A stretch of DNA of 64,000 nucleotides from a virus (Duplodnaviria > Caudoviricetes). The translations under genes and the position numbers were made by a program. The notes below the pieces were generated by a model, which had not been told where the DNA came from, searched no databases, and saw only the letters and a program-made list of their open reading frames with translations. The DNA lies in the IMG/VR virus record IMGVR_UViG_3300021431_000119, positions 5,093 to 69,092 of that record; one strand, 5' to 3'. Of the stretch, positions 17,210-26,852 are shown piece by piece; within the stretch, counting starts at the first letter, position 1, and every line of letters begins with the position of its first letter.

Positions 17210-17349
17210 GTGCAGTGGCGGAATATGTAGACGCGCAAAGGTCAGGAGACAGCCGCAGGAGTAAACGCCTTTGGTGTGCGGCTATGAGTTCGATTCCCTC
17301 CGATGCGGGCAGTGCACGGCCCATGCTGGGTGCAAATCCCAGCCTGCAC
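17210..17349 (+). ncRNA. tRNA-like element, copy 3
   Basis: GTGCAG...CTGCAC acceptor-like stem; GCTGGG TGCAAAT CCCAGC T-arm with compensatory changes. Confidence 0.65.
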
Positions 17350-17608
17350 AATCCTTTTAAAGAGAGAAGGTTTTATAACTGTGAAGATACTGATTGAGAA
17401 GACCAGCGACTTGGATTTTAAGTACGCGCAGGAATGCAACAGCCTTCAGGAATGTGTTGATGAACTTCTCAGCAATAAGGAACTGTATCACAACACATAC
17501 CCCGAAGTTGTCGTTTCCAAACCTGACGATATAACTTCAAAGGATTTTCCGGACTGCGATTATGTAGTGGAAATCTATGACACATGGAGAGAGTAATCCG
17601 GAGGTGTT

Positions 17609-18067
17609 GTGATGCCGGCGAAGACAGACAACAGAACCAACGGCGGGAGGTTTGAACAGGAACTGGCCGGGATGCTGTACCGGGACGGGTTCTGGGTGCA
17701 CGTGCTGCAACAGAACAAGAGCGGACAGCCAGCCGACATCATCGCGGTGGACGGGCATCTGGCCATGCTGATTGACGCGAAGGTGGTCAGCGGGAATGAG
17801 GGCTTTCCCCTGCGGCGGGTCGAGGAGAACCAGCAGTACGCCATGAAGCGGTTTACCACCCTGACGGGGAAGACGTGCTGGTTCGCCGTCAAGATGCCGG
17901 GAGGAGATGTCAGGATGCTTTCCAGCGTGTTTGTATTCAGCATGATTGACAACGGGTTTAACACCATCAGCGATGCCTTTCTGAGAGAGACGGCCCTGAG
18001 CTACCGGGAATGGTTGCTGAAGGTCAGGGAGCCGAAGGAGACGCCGTACGAGGATGACATGAAATGA
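17609..18067 (+). CDS. Holliday junction resolvase (Hjc/RecU-like PD-(D/E)XK)
   Basis: GGRFEQELA, QPADIIAV, LIDAK. Confidence 0.75.
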   Translation: MMPAKTDNRTNGGRFEQELAGMLYRDGFWVHVLQQNKSGQPADIIAVDGHLAMLIDAKVVSGNEGFPLRRVEENQQYAMKRFTTLTGKTCWFAVKMPGGDVRMLSSVFVFSMIDNGFNTISDAFLRETALSYREWLLKVREPKETPYEDDMK

Positions 18068-19452
18068 AGACCATTATCAGCAACATGATCCGGGTGGAGG
18101 AGCCCTCAGCAGAGTTAAAGCAGTACGTCAAGGACCAGCTGGAGCTGCCGAACCCGGACTACATCAAGAAGGAACGGATGGGGTTCTGGACGGGACGAAC
18201 ACCGAAGACCCTGCGGCTTTACGAGTGGAACGGGAACGCGCTGGTGCTGCCCTTCGGGCTGTGCCGGGAGCTTATGCCACTGCTGCGGGCGGGGGAGATT
18301 CTGACGGACTTCACCGGCGGGACGGACGTGGACTACGGGAAACCCATTCCGCTGTATGACTATCAGCGGGAAGCCGTGGCGGCGATGGTGACGAAGACCT
18401 ACGGGATTCTGAAAAGCCCTGCTGGGTCAGGGAAAACGCAATGCGCATTAGCCCTTATTCAGGCTCTCGGAAAAAAAGCGCTGTGGCTCTGCCATACAGC
18501 TGACCTTCTGAACCAGAGCAAGGGCAGGGCAGAGGACTATATGCCACGCAACTTGATGGGAACTATCACGGAAGGAAAGGTCAACATTGGTACTGGCATT
18601 ACCTTCGCAACGGTTCAGACGATGTGCAACGTGGATCTGGCAAGATACCGGGATGAGTGGGACGTAATCGTGATTGACGAATGCCATAACGTGTCCGCCA
18701 GTGCCAACACCGTCACAAGATACCAGAAGGTTCTGAACGGGCTTGCTGCAAGACATGTGTACGGAATAACAGCAACCCCATACAGAAGCGACGGACTCGA
18801 AAAAGCCATGTTTTCACTGATCGGACAAGTTGTGTATGAAGTTACAGAAGAAGCCGTGGCGGACAAGATCATGCAGGTCACTATCCGGCGGGTTGATACT
18901 GACACGGATATTACAGATGATTGCCTGAACGTGGACGGGACCATCGACTTCACGAAACTCATAAGCCATCTTGTAACAGACGAGAAGCGGAACAGACTGA
19001 TTGCGGAAAACATTGTGCAGAACAGAGGACATAGCTGTATTGTGTTGTCTGACCGCCTGTCGCAACTGGACGCAATTTACAATCTGCTTCCAGAAGATCT
19101 GAAGCAGAAAACAGCCATCATCACCGGAAAAATGACCAGTAAGAAGGAAAAGGCCCTTCGGCAGGAAGCCATAGAAAAGATGCGTACCGGGGAATTACAG
19201 ATTCTTGGGGCGAGCTACCGTCTCTGTCGCGAGGGGCTCGATATTCCTGTGCTGGATAGGCTTTTCATGGCTTCTCCGGTAAAGTTCGTGTCCGTTGTTG
19301 TGCAGAGCATCGGCCGAATCGCCAGGACGGCAGAAGGGAAATGCGATCCGGTTTGTTTTGACTTTGTGGACGCCAACATCGGGTACTGTGAGCGGGCATG
19401 GAAAGAACGTTGTAGACATTACAGAAAGAACCATGCTGTGATTGAATTTTGA
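18064..19452 (+). CDS. Superfamily 2 DEAD/DEAH-box helicase
   Basis: PAGSGKT, DECH, TATPYRSDG, QSIGRIAR. Confidence 0.92.
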   Translation: MKTIISNMIRVEEPSAELKQYVKDQLELPNPDYIKKERMGFWTGRTPKTLRLYEWNGNALVLPFGLCRELMPLLRAGEILTDFTGGTDVDYGKPIPLYDYQREAVAAMVTKTYGILKSPAGSGKTQCALALIQALGKKALWLCHTADLLNQSKGRAEDYMPRNLMGTITEGKVNIGTGITFATVQTMCNVDLARYRDEWDVIVIDECHNVSASANTVTRYQKVLNGLAARHVYGITATPYRSDGLEKAMFSLIGQVVYEVTEEAVADKIMQVTIRRVDTDTDITDDCLNVDGTIDFTKLISHLVTDEKRNRLIAENIVQNRGHSCIVLSDRLSQLDAIYNLLPEDLKQKTAIITGKMTSKKEKALRQEAIEKMRTGELQILGASYRLCREGLDIPVLDRLFMASPVKFVSVVVQSIGRIARTAEGKCDPVCFDFVDANIGYCERAWKERCRHYRKNHAVIEF

Positions 19453-19656
19453 AAGGATGACAACAATGGATGAGAAAGAGTTTCAGAAGATGCTGTTTGG
19501 TGAGATGTACGTAAAGAACTCCGAGATCGAAAATACCAGCAAGCAACTCGCTGAACTTCTGTATGTTCACTACACGCAGTTTCTGCTTGCAGGGTTTAAT
19601 GAAACTAACGCGTTTACGCTTGTACTTCAGATGCTGCACGACATCCTCAGCAGAAA

Positions 19657-20232
19657 ATGAAGACGGATTACAAGGCTTTTACGGATATCGTAAGAAGCCG
19701 GGTTTCCGCCGTAGATGTGGCGCGGGACTACGGGCTTCAGGTTGGACGGGATGGACGATGCCGGTGCGTTTTCTGCGACGGGGACCGGAATGATACGCTT
19801 CGGTTCTATCCTGGTGAGCGGGGGTTCTACTGCTTCCGGTGCCACGAGCGGGGCGACGTCATCAGCCTTTACCAGAAGCTGACCGGGGCCGGATTCCGGC
19901 AGGCGATTGAGGACCTGAACGAGCAGTACGGACTTGGGCTTCCGCTGAAGGACGGAGACCGGGAAGCCGTCGAGAAAGCCAGACGGGAAGCGGCGGAAAG
20001 AAAGCGGCGCAGGGAAGCGGAAAAGGAAAAACAGGATGCCTTGTTTGCCGCCTACCTGGACGCGGCGGACGCGGTGTGGATCATGGAGCAGAACCTGACG
20101 GAGGCGGCTCCGGAAACACGGGAAGAACCATGGAGACAGCGGTTTCTTGTGTCCCTGCGGTACCTGGATGAGATGAGGGAACAACGGGACCGGCTGTATG
20201 ATGAACTGTATCCGATGAAGGGATTTTTTTAA
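19657..20232 (+). CDS. CHC2-type zinc-finger (primase N-terminal) protein
   Basis: CVFC...FYCFRCHERGDVI. Confidence 0.8.
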   Translation: MKTDYKAFTDIVRSRVSAVDVARDYGLQVGRDGRCRCVFCDGDRNDTLRFYPGERGFYCFRCHERGDVISLYQKLTGAGFRQAIEDLNEQYGLGLPLKDGDREAVEKARREAAERKRRREAEKEKQDALFAAYLDAADAVWIMEQNLTEAAPETREEPWRQRFLVSLRYLDEMREQRDRLYDELYPMKGFF

Positions 20233-20233
20233 C

Positions 20234-20262
20234 TTTACAGATAACGCAAAATGCATTAAAAT
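20234..20262 (+). promoter_or_regulatory. Internal promoter with operator between -35 and -10
   Basis: TTTACA, 17 bp, TAAAAT; AACGCAAAATGCATT at 20243-20257. Confidence 0.6.
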
Positions 20263-20298
20263 AAACACAAATGATTTTGAGAGAGGCGGTGCGGCCTG

Positions 20299-20604
20299 GT
20301 GTCTGAGGAAGAGAAAATTGAAGAGACAAAGCGACTGCTGTTGAAGGCGGACATGGAAATGGAGGAGAGCGCAGCCTTTTCGCAGCAGCATAAACAGGCT
20401 TTCCGGATTGCGTTTGACTTTCTGGGGGCCTGTTTTCCTCCGGATCGGAGCGAGGAGTACTGGACGAAAACTGTGGAGCTATTCAAGCATCGTGTGCAGG
20501 ACAACAAGGCGAATCCGCTGGTGAAGCACCTGTTGCTTGGGGTATATAACTATCTTGGCGAGATCGTGAAAGACCTGCCTATGGAGGAGGAGAAAAGCGC
20601 GTGA
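20299..20604 (+). CDS. Phage hypothetical protein
   Basis: GTG start downstream of GAGAGG. Confidence 0.65.
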   Translation: MSEEEKIEETKRLLLKADMEMEESAAFSQQHKQAFRIAFDFLGACFPPDRSEEYWTKTVELFKHRVQDNKANPLVKHLLLGVYNYLGEIVKDLPMEEEKSA

Positions 20605-20924
20605 TTTATATTGAGACGCTGGAGGTCAACGGGACGCTTCCGGCCCTGCACGGAATGCGGAACCCCAAAAACAGTTGGGGAAAACAGGACAGCCACTATG
20701 TAAGCGATGTGGATGACGTCGCTGACGTCGCGCCGGTATACATCGGGCCGAATGACTACAACCTCTATCCGCAGGTGGCGCAGTGCATTACGCCGTCGTT
20801 CCGTGTGAGCGAAAATATCCTAAAAGGGCTGCTGAACATCGCGCCGACGAAACTGCGACCGATTGTGGCGTATCTGAGTGTAGAGTGGCACAGGGAGGAA
20901 AAGACAGAAAATGAGCATGAGTGA
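20601..20924 (+). CDS. Phage hypothetical protein (GMRNP.NSW family, apparently truncated or chimeric)
   Basis: ALHGMRNPKNSW motif. Confidence 0.55.
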   Translation: MIYIETLEVNGTLPALHGMRNPKNSWGKQDSHYVSDVDDVADVAPVYIGPNDYNLYPQVAQCITPSFRVSENILKGLLNIAPTKLRPIVAYLSVEWHREEKTENEHE

Positions 20925-21594
20925 CTTGGCGAAACGGGAGGTCGAGATTGCCTGCAAGCGGGAGAATCCGGACCGTAAGGATGGAGAGTTTGATTACGGT
21001 TGCGCTTGCTACGAAAGTGCCCTGAAAGCCTATCTGAGCCTGATGGAAGACGAACACAGCGGCATGAGCTTCGGATTTACAAGGAACATCCTGATCCGAT
21101 TGATGGACGGCCTGCCACTGACACCGATTGATGATATCCCGGAATCGTGGAACCTGGTTTACGAGGAAGATGACGGAACGGAAGTGTATCAGTGTCGCAG
21201 AATGTCTGGCCTGTTCAAACATGCGCATCCTGATGGTACCGTTACGTACAGCAGGACAGATGACTATTACTGCAAAGATATTAATACGGGCATGACATAC
21301 AGCGGAGGCGGGGCAAGAGAAATTATCGACAGATACGCAAAGCCGATTACGTTCCCGTATTATCCGTCTGCCGGGAAATACGTGCTGACCACGTCGGAAT
21401 ACCTTACAAACAGGGCAAACGGTGATTTTGATACAAAAGCGTACTTTAATCTGAAAACACCGGACGGAGACACAATCAAAATCAATGAGTTCTACGGTGA
21501 GGTAAACGGAGAGTGGAAGCAGCTCACCAGGGCAGAATTCGATGTCCGCGTATGTAAACATTTCGAGCGGGAAAGGACGGAACCGAAAGAATGA
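20911..21594 (+). CDS. Phage hypothetical protein
   Basis: 227 aa ORF coupled to both neighbours. Confidence 0.7.
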   Translation: MSMSDLAKREVEIACKRENPDRKDGEFDYGCACYESALKAYLSLMEDEHSGMSFGFTRNILIRLMDGLPLTPIDDIPESWNLVYEEDDGTEVYQCRRMSGLFKHAHPDGTVTYSRTDDYYCKDINTGMTYSGGGAREIIDRYAKPITFPYYPSAGKYVLTTSEYLTNRANGDFDTKAYFNLKTPDGDTIKINEFYGEVNGEWKQLTRAEFDVRVCKHFERERTEPKE

Positions 21595-22244
21595 AAGTAT
21601 ATCTTCTCAGATGCACAGAGTTTCCTGGAGAGTTGTGCGGACAGGCGGCCGCAACCTGCACAGATAGCAAGAACTATGAGAGTGCGCTGAAGCACGCAGT
21701 GGAGAGCGGACACACAAGCGTGCTGGAACATGCCGTGTTTACATTCAAGGTGGAAGGCATCAGCAGGGCATGCCTGGCGCAACTGACACGGCACAGGTTG
21801 GCATCGTTCGACGTGCAGAGCCAGCGGTATGTGAAACTGAACAATCCGGAACTGGTGATTCCGGACAGTATCCTGATGATGGGTCCGTTGAATACGTCAC
21901 TGGCTGAAGAAGCAATCCAGTGTATGAGGAACAGTATGGATATCTATAAGAAGCTGCTGGACGCTGGCGTTCCGGCAGAAGATGCACGATACGTTACGCC
22001 ACAGGCTGTGCCGACAGAGTTGGTGATGACCATGAACGCGCGTGAACTTCTGCACTTCTTCAGTTTGCGGACATGCAACCGGGCACAGTGGGAGATCCGG
22101 CAGATGGCAGACAAGATGCTGAGGATCTGCCGGAAGGTGGCGCCGGAGATCTTCGGCAATGCAGGCCCCGGATGCGTGACAGGAAAGTGCCCGGAGAAAA
22201 GACCGTGCGGAAAGCCGAGGGATGTAGGAGAGTGGAGCATATGA
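21591..22244 (+). CDS. thyX: FAD-dependent thymidylate synthase
   Basis: GHTSVLEH, QLTRHRLASFDVQSQRY (RHR-X7-S motif), AQWEIR. Confidence 0.93.
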   Translation: MKVYLLRCTEFPGELCGQAAATCTDSKNYESALKHAVESGHTSVLEHAVFTFKVEGISRACLAQLTRHRLASFDVQSQRYVKLNNPELVIPDSILMMGPLNTSLAEEAIQCMRNSMDIYKKLLDAGVPAEDARYVTPQAVPTELVMTMNARELLHFFSLRTCNRAQWEIRQMADKMLRICRKVAPEIFGNAGPGCVTGKCPEKRPCGKPRDVGEWSI

Positions 22245-22573
22245 GCGAAACAGATAAAAACATAGTCGCATGTGACATGCACAACTGTGATTTTTTCGAT
22301 GGCGTACGTTGTACAGGCAGACCTGGAATAGACTGCTATAGTGGTACGATGAAAGATATGGTCAATCACCCGCAGCACTATGGTGGTGGGATTGATGTCA
22401 TCGACTACATCCGGGACAAACTGACGCCGGAGGAGCTCACCGGGTTCTGTATGGGGAACGTCCTAAAATATTGCAGCCGGTGGCGGAAGAAGGACGGGGT
22501 GCAGGACCTAAAGAAGGCGAAGGTCTATCTGGAATGGGCTATTCAGAACGAGGAGGGGCATGATGGAGATTAA
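22241..22573 (+). CDS. DUF3310 (T7 gp1.7-like) protein
   Basis: VNHPQHY...IDYI...FCMGNVLKY..R...KDGVQDLKKA. Confidence 0.85.
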   Translation: MSETDKNIVACDMHNCDFFDGVRCTGRPGIDCYSGTMKDMVNHPQHYGGGIDVIDYIRDKLTPEELTGFCMGNVLKYCSRWRKKDGVQDLKKAKVYLEWAIQNEEGHDGD

Positions 22574-22913
22574 AAACGCCAAAATCACCAGCACCAAACT
22601 GCCCATGGGAGACCATGGGTGCTTGACGTTCTGGCTGTTTGTCGAGGGTAGTGGCTGGGGCTGTGGCATCGGTGGGTATTGCATCGGGCATGGATACGAA
22701 GGGTGCGACACAGACAAGTTTGACGCGAACGGGAACGGCCTGGTCGCCATGATGCGGATTATGGACGTCGTCGGCGTGGAAACGTGGGAAGATCTGAAAG
22801 GAAAGTATGTCCGGGTTGAGATGGTTCCATGCGGCGGATCCATTACGACCATCGGAAACCTGATTCAGGACAAGTGGTTCAACCTGAAAGAGTTTTTTGC
22901 AAACAGTAAGTGA
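22560..22913 (+). CDS. Phage hypothetical protein
   Basis: RBS GGAGG; 117 aa. Confidence 0.7.
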   Translation: MMEIKNAKITSTKLPMGDHGCLTFWLFVEGSGWGCGIGGYCIGHGYEGCDTDKFDANGNGLVAMMRIMDVVGVETWEDLKGKYVRVEMVPCGGSITTIGNLIQDKWFNLKEFFANSK

Positions 22914-22950
22914 CCGCACAGCAATATCGCAGGAAAGGAGGTAATCAGAT

Positions 22951-24837
22951 GTGAGTGAGGATAACCAAGCCCTCCCTTTGATTCCGGAATGGACCGTCGA
23001 GGACTTCTCCGGAGACGAACCGTACAAATTCCTGTTTGAGAACCGGGAGAATCGGTTCCTTCTTCAGCGAATGGTGGAAGCGGCAAGAAGAAGGGCAAAG
23101 GAGATTCACTTTCAGGGCTTCACCGCCATGTGGAACGCCTATGTCAAGACGTACTCAGAGAAGGGAAGCAGCATCCTGGGTGAGTCAGACACCATGTTTC
23201 CAGGACAGCCGGTTCAACTTCGGTGCGGTGAGTATACCTGCAACGAGCGCGGCGTGCACAGGTTCTCCGAGATGACCGGCGAGATTGAAGTCATCTCCCA
23301 TCCGATCATGCCCATCAAGCGCGTGACCAACATCGAGACCTATGAAGCCAAGACGGAGATCGCCTTCCAGCGCGGAAAGGAACCGTGGAAAACATTCACC
23401 GTGTCCCGAAAGAAATTGGCGTCAGCGCAGCGAATTGTAGACCTGAGCGAACTGGACGTGAACGTGAATAGCGAGAACGCGAGAGAACTTGTACGGTTCC
23501 TGGGAGACATTGAGAGCCGGAACTATGATGACCTGCCGCAGCAGAAGAGCATCGGGCACATGGGATGGCTTCAGGACGGGCGGTTCATGCCGTACGCGAC
23601 GGACATTACCTATGACGGGGAGTCCGCTGAACTGACAAAGGTGTACAACGAACTTCGCCCCACCGGTGACCGGGAGGAGTGGTTCCGGATTGCCCGGGCT
23701 GTGCGAAGCGGGGACAGCGTCCCGGCCCGGATCGCACTGGCCGCCGGTTTCGCCGCTCCGCTGGTCCGCAAGTTTAACATGCTTCCGTTTTTTGTCCATA
23801 TCTGGGGCGAGAAGGGTTGCGGAAAGACCGTTGCGCTCATGCTGGCCGCCAGTATATGGGGCAATCCTGAGGTGGGCGGGTTCGTAAAGAGTTTTAACGG
23901 GACAAGGGTCAGCTTTGAGACCCATGCCGCCTTCTGCGGGAACCTGCCGGTGTGCCTGGACGAACTTCAGGTGGCCAACGACAGCAGCCGAAAGAACTTT
24001 GACGAGATTATCTATATGCTGTGCGAGGGCGCCAGCAAAAGCCGTGGCACCAGGGACGGAGGAATGCAGGTTCAGCGAAGGTGGTCTACCTGCATGATTA
24101 CTACCGGAGAGATGCCCATCATTCAAAGCAACTCTGGAGGTGGTGCGGCGGTGCGTACCATCGAGGTGAACTACAAGTATCAGCCTCTGTTTGGGACAGA
24201 CGAGCACGCCAGAGAGGCCGCCGCTGTGCTGAAGCAGAACTACGGATGGGCCGGGCAGACGTTTATCGAGGCGGTGCAACGGCCTGAACTGATGGAGATC
24301 CTCGAGGGTACGCAGAAAAACTACTTCGCTCAGCTTTCTCAGAACGTGGACGCCAAGCAGGTGCTGGCCGCTTCCATCATCCTGGCGGCGGACCGTCTCG
24401 CGGCGGCAGCTGTGTTCGGGGATAACCTGTACCTGAAGCCCGATGACATCCGGGAGTTTTTGATCTCCAAGACGGACAGTGACATCAATCTCCGATGCTA
24501 CAGTTGGCTGATGGGCGTCATCGGAACGAATCCGCGCCGGTTCGACCCGGAGGACCAGCAGAACGGCGAGCAGTGGGGCGTGATTGATGACGCAGACAGC
24601 CGGGTGTATATCATCCGGAGCGTTTTTGACCGGCTCCTGCGTCAGGAAGGGTACAGCCCTGGCGCGTTTCTGGACTGGGCGAACAAACACGGGCTACTGA
24701 AGCGTGACGCTGCGGCCGGGAACGTTCGCCTGACTTCCCGGAAACGGTTTAATGGGGTGCTGACAGCGTGCGTGGCGTTGCGGCTCGATTCATCCGATCT
24801 GTTTACCCCTGTGGAGGTGAACGACATGCCGTTTTGA
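22951..24837 (+). CDS. DUF927-family replication helicase/primase partner
   Basis: Walker A GEKGCGKT, CLDE, GASKSRG, TTGE. Confidence 0.85.
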   Translation: MSEDNQALPLIPEWTVEDFSGDEPYKFLFENRENRFLLQRMVEAARRRAKEIHFQGFTAMWNAYVKTYSEKGSSILGESDTMFPGQPVQLRCGEYTCNERGVHRFSEMTGEIEVISHPIMPIKRVTNIETYEAKTEIAFQRGKEPWKTFTVSRKKLASAQRIVDLSELDVNVNSENARELVRFLGDIESRNYDDLPQQKSIGHMGWLQDGRFMPYATDITYDGESAELTKVYNELRPTGDREEWFRIARAVRSGDSVPARIALAAGFAAPLVRKFNMLPFFVHIWGEKGCGKTVALMLAASIWGNPEVGGFVKSFNGTRVSFETHAAFCGNLPVCLDELQVANDSSRKNFDEIIYMLCEGASKSRGTRDGGMQVQRRWSTCMITTGEMPIIQSNSGGGAAVRTIEVNYKYQPLFGTDEHAREAAAVLKQNYGWAGQTFIEAVQRPELMEILEGTQKNYFAQLSQNVDAKQVLAASIILAADRLAAAAVFGDNLYLKPDDIREFLISKTDSDINLRCYSWLMGVIGTNPRRFDPEDQQNGEQWGVIDDADSRVYIIRSVFDRLLRQEGYSPGAFLDWANKHGLLKRDAAAGNVRLTSRKRFNGVLTACVALRLDSSDLFTPVEVNDMPF

Positions 24838-24842
24838 TGGTT

Positions 24843-25112
24843 TTGTGCACGTCTGTGCACACTCAAAAAACGCTGTGTACACAAAATCGAGTCCTGGAAG
24901 CATTGAAAAATAAGGTTTGTGCACGTTGTGCACCCTGTGCACGTTCAAAATAAGGTAGAGTTATACACGCGAGAGAAAAAATGAAAAATATGGATAGAAA
25001 TAAATTCTCGCGCGTAACATCATATAAAAATAACGTGCACAGCGTGCACAACGTGCACAAACAAGGAAAATCAAGGCTTCAGGCGTGTACGTTCTGTGTA
25101 CGTTGTGCACGT
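24843..25112. repeat. GTGCAC iteron-like array with 30-bp inverted repeat (candidate replication origin)
   Basis: Nine GTGCAC plus GTGTAC variants; IR 24916-24945/25032-25061 around an AT-rich core. Confidence 0.7.
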
Positions 25113-25149
25113 TTGGAAGAAAAAATGCCATGAAAGTGAGGTTAAGAGC

Positions 25150-25395
25150 ATGAAAAAGAGTGTTATTAAGGTGGACGCATATATTTTCGCAAGAGATTAT
25201 CTCCGTCTCGCTCAGTGGAGCACCGCCACCACAAAGATCGGGGACGGAAAAAGACTGCCGGTGTCCGCCATCGTACGGGCAGCGGTACATGAGTACATTG
25301 CAAACCACAAGGAAGAGATCGACGGAATCGTCGGTCAGGTATTCGACAACCCGAACGAGTTTATCGGCGTAAATCTGGAGGAGGATACACAATGA
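25150..25395 (+). CDS. Small putative DNA-binding protein
   Basis: LPVSAIVRAAVHEYI, ribbon-helix-helix-like. Confidence 0.55.
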   Translation: MKKSVIKVDAYIFARDYLRLAQWSTATTKIGDGKRLPVSAIVRAAVHEYIANHKEEIDGIVGQVFDNPNEFIGVNLEEDTQ

Positions 25396-26498
25396 AATTC
25401 TCAATCAACACCACAGACCTGCTTGACGGAATCAGCACGGCAGCACGGGCGCTTCCATCCAAATCAGTCAAGCCCGTTTATGACGGCGCTTGCGTGACCT
25501 GTGAGGGAAACACCATCTCCATCCTGTGCTCTGACGGGCAGCTGTCCGTCCGCTGGACAGGAACGGCTAGCGTCACGGAGGAAGGCACGTCCACCATCCC
25601 CGGTAAGCTTTTTGCAGACCTGATCCGCAAGCTTCCGGCCGGGAACGTCACCATCACCACAGACAGCAGGTCCGCTTCCGTTTCCTGCGGTAAGTCACGT
25701 TCCCGCCTGGCTGTAATCCCCGGAGATTTCCCACCTGACGGCGCGGTAGAGAACGGCATCACGCTTTCACTTCCCGCAATCGCCCTGAAAGACCTGATCC
25801 TCCACGTCTTTCCTGCCATCGCCGTGGACGAGTCCCGTCCCATCCTCACCGGTGCGCTCATGGAAGTGACGCCGGAACGGATGACCATGGTCGCCCTGGA
25901 TGGATTCCGCCTCGCTCTGAAACACCACACACAGGACTTCAACCTGAACGGAAAAGACCACGTACGGGCCGTCATCCCCCGCAAGACCCTGTCAGACTTG
26001 TCTAAGATCCTCCCGAACTCAGACGACCCCGTCAGCATCAGCCTGAGCGACTCCGCAATCTCCGTCTCCGTCGGTCCCTCTCAGGTCACGTCCACCCTGA
26101 TTTGCGGCGAGTACATCAACTACGCCAAGATCATCCCGGAAGGCTACACCTCGTCCATCCTCGTCAGACGCGATGACCTTCAGAACGCAATCGAGCGAGC
26201 CTCCCTCATGGCGCGGGACGGAAAGAACAATCTCGTAAAGCTCGACATCCGCGACAACACCGTCTCCGTATCCTCTCAGTCAGACACCGGAAACATCTCC
26301 GAGGACGTGGACTGCGACCACCAAGGCAACCCCATTACAATCGCCTTCAACGCAGCCTACATCACCGACGCCATCCGCAATGCCCCGGATGACACCGTCT
26401 CAATCCGCTTCACTTCCCCGCTGTCCCCTGCAATCATCTACCCCCAAGGCTCACCTGACTGGCTGTTCCTCGTCCTGCCAGTACGCACCAATACATGA
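25392..26498 (+). CDS. dnaN: DNA polymerase III beta sliding clamp homolog
   Basis: DESRPILTG, ALDGFRL, YINYAKIIP, IAFNAAYI, FLVLPVR; 368 aa. Confidence 0.93.
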   Translation: MKFSINTTDLLDGISTAARALPSKSVKPVYDGACVTCEGNTISILCSDGQLSVRWTGTASVTEEGTSTIPGKLFADLIRKLPAGNVTITTDSRSASVSCGKSRSRLAVIPGDFPPDGAVENGITLSLPAIALKDLILHVFPAIAVDESRPILTGALMEVTPERMTMVALDGFRLALKHHTQDFNLNGKDHVRAVIPRKTLSDLSKILPNSDDPVSISLSDSAISVSVGPSQVTSTLICGEYINYAKIIPEGYTSSILVRRDDLQNAIERASLMARDGKNNLVKLDIRDNTVSVSSQSDTGNISEDVDCDHQGNPITIAFNAAYITDAIRNAPDDTVSIRFTSPLSPAIIYPQGSPDWLFLVLPVRTNT

Positions 26499-26848
26499 AG
26501 CGAGGTGACTTTCCCTTGAAAGAATTCTCCTGGTGGACGGGTACGGCAAACCACTTGTGGCGTGCCTACTTCGTCCTCCTCCAGTACGGCATGAATGACC
26601 AAACACCGGCAGACAGTAAAATCTACAACCTGTGCGACGCCGTCTATAACCGCCTGACGTTTCAGGAACAGGAAATCGTCCGGATGTACTACACGTGCAG
26701 GTGGGGCGATAATATCTATGCCGTCGAAGACTACTCCGCTCGTACCGGTATTCCCGTGCTCGATATCTACAACGCTATCAGAACAGCCGGGTACGCCGTC
26801 ATTAACGAGCTCGGTATTATCAATCCGAACAGGAATAGGAAGAGGTGA
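26495..26848 (+). CDS. Phage hypothetical protein (possible transcription regulator)
   Basis: Coupled to dnaN; position before terS. Confidence 0.6.
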   Translation: MKRGDFPLKEFSWWTGTANHLWRAYFVLLQYGMNDQTPADSKIYNLCDAVYNRLTFQEQEIVRMYYTCRWGDNIYAVEDYSARTGIPVLDIYNAIRTAGYAVINELGIINPNRNRKR

Positions 26849-26852
26849 GAAT

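Noticed and set aside
16595-17349. Canonical tRNA-Leu/Ser genes or tmRNA
   Set aside because: No definable 7-nt anticodon loop, T-loop is TGCAAAT, no CCA, and no tmRNA ends or tag ORF recognised.
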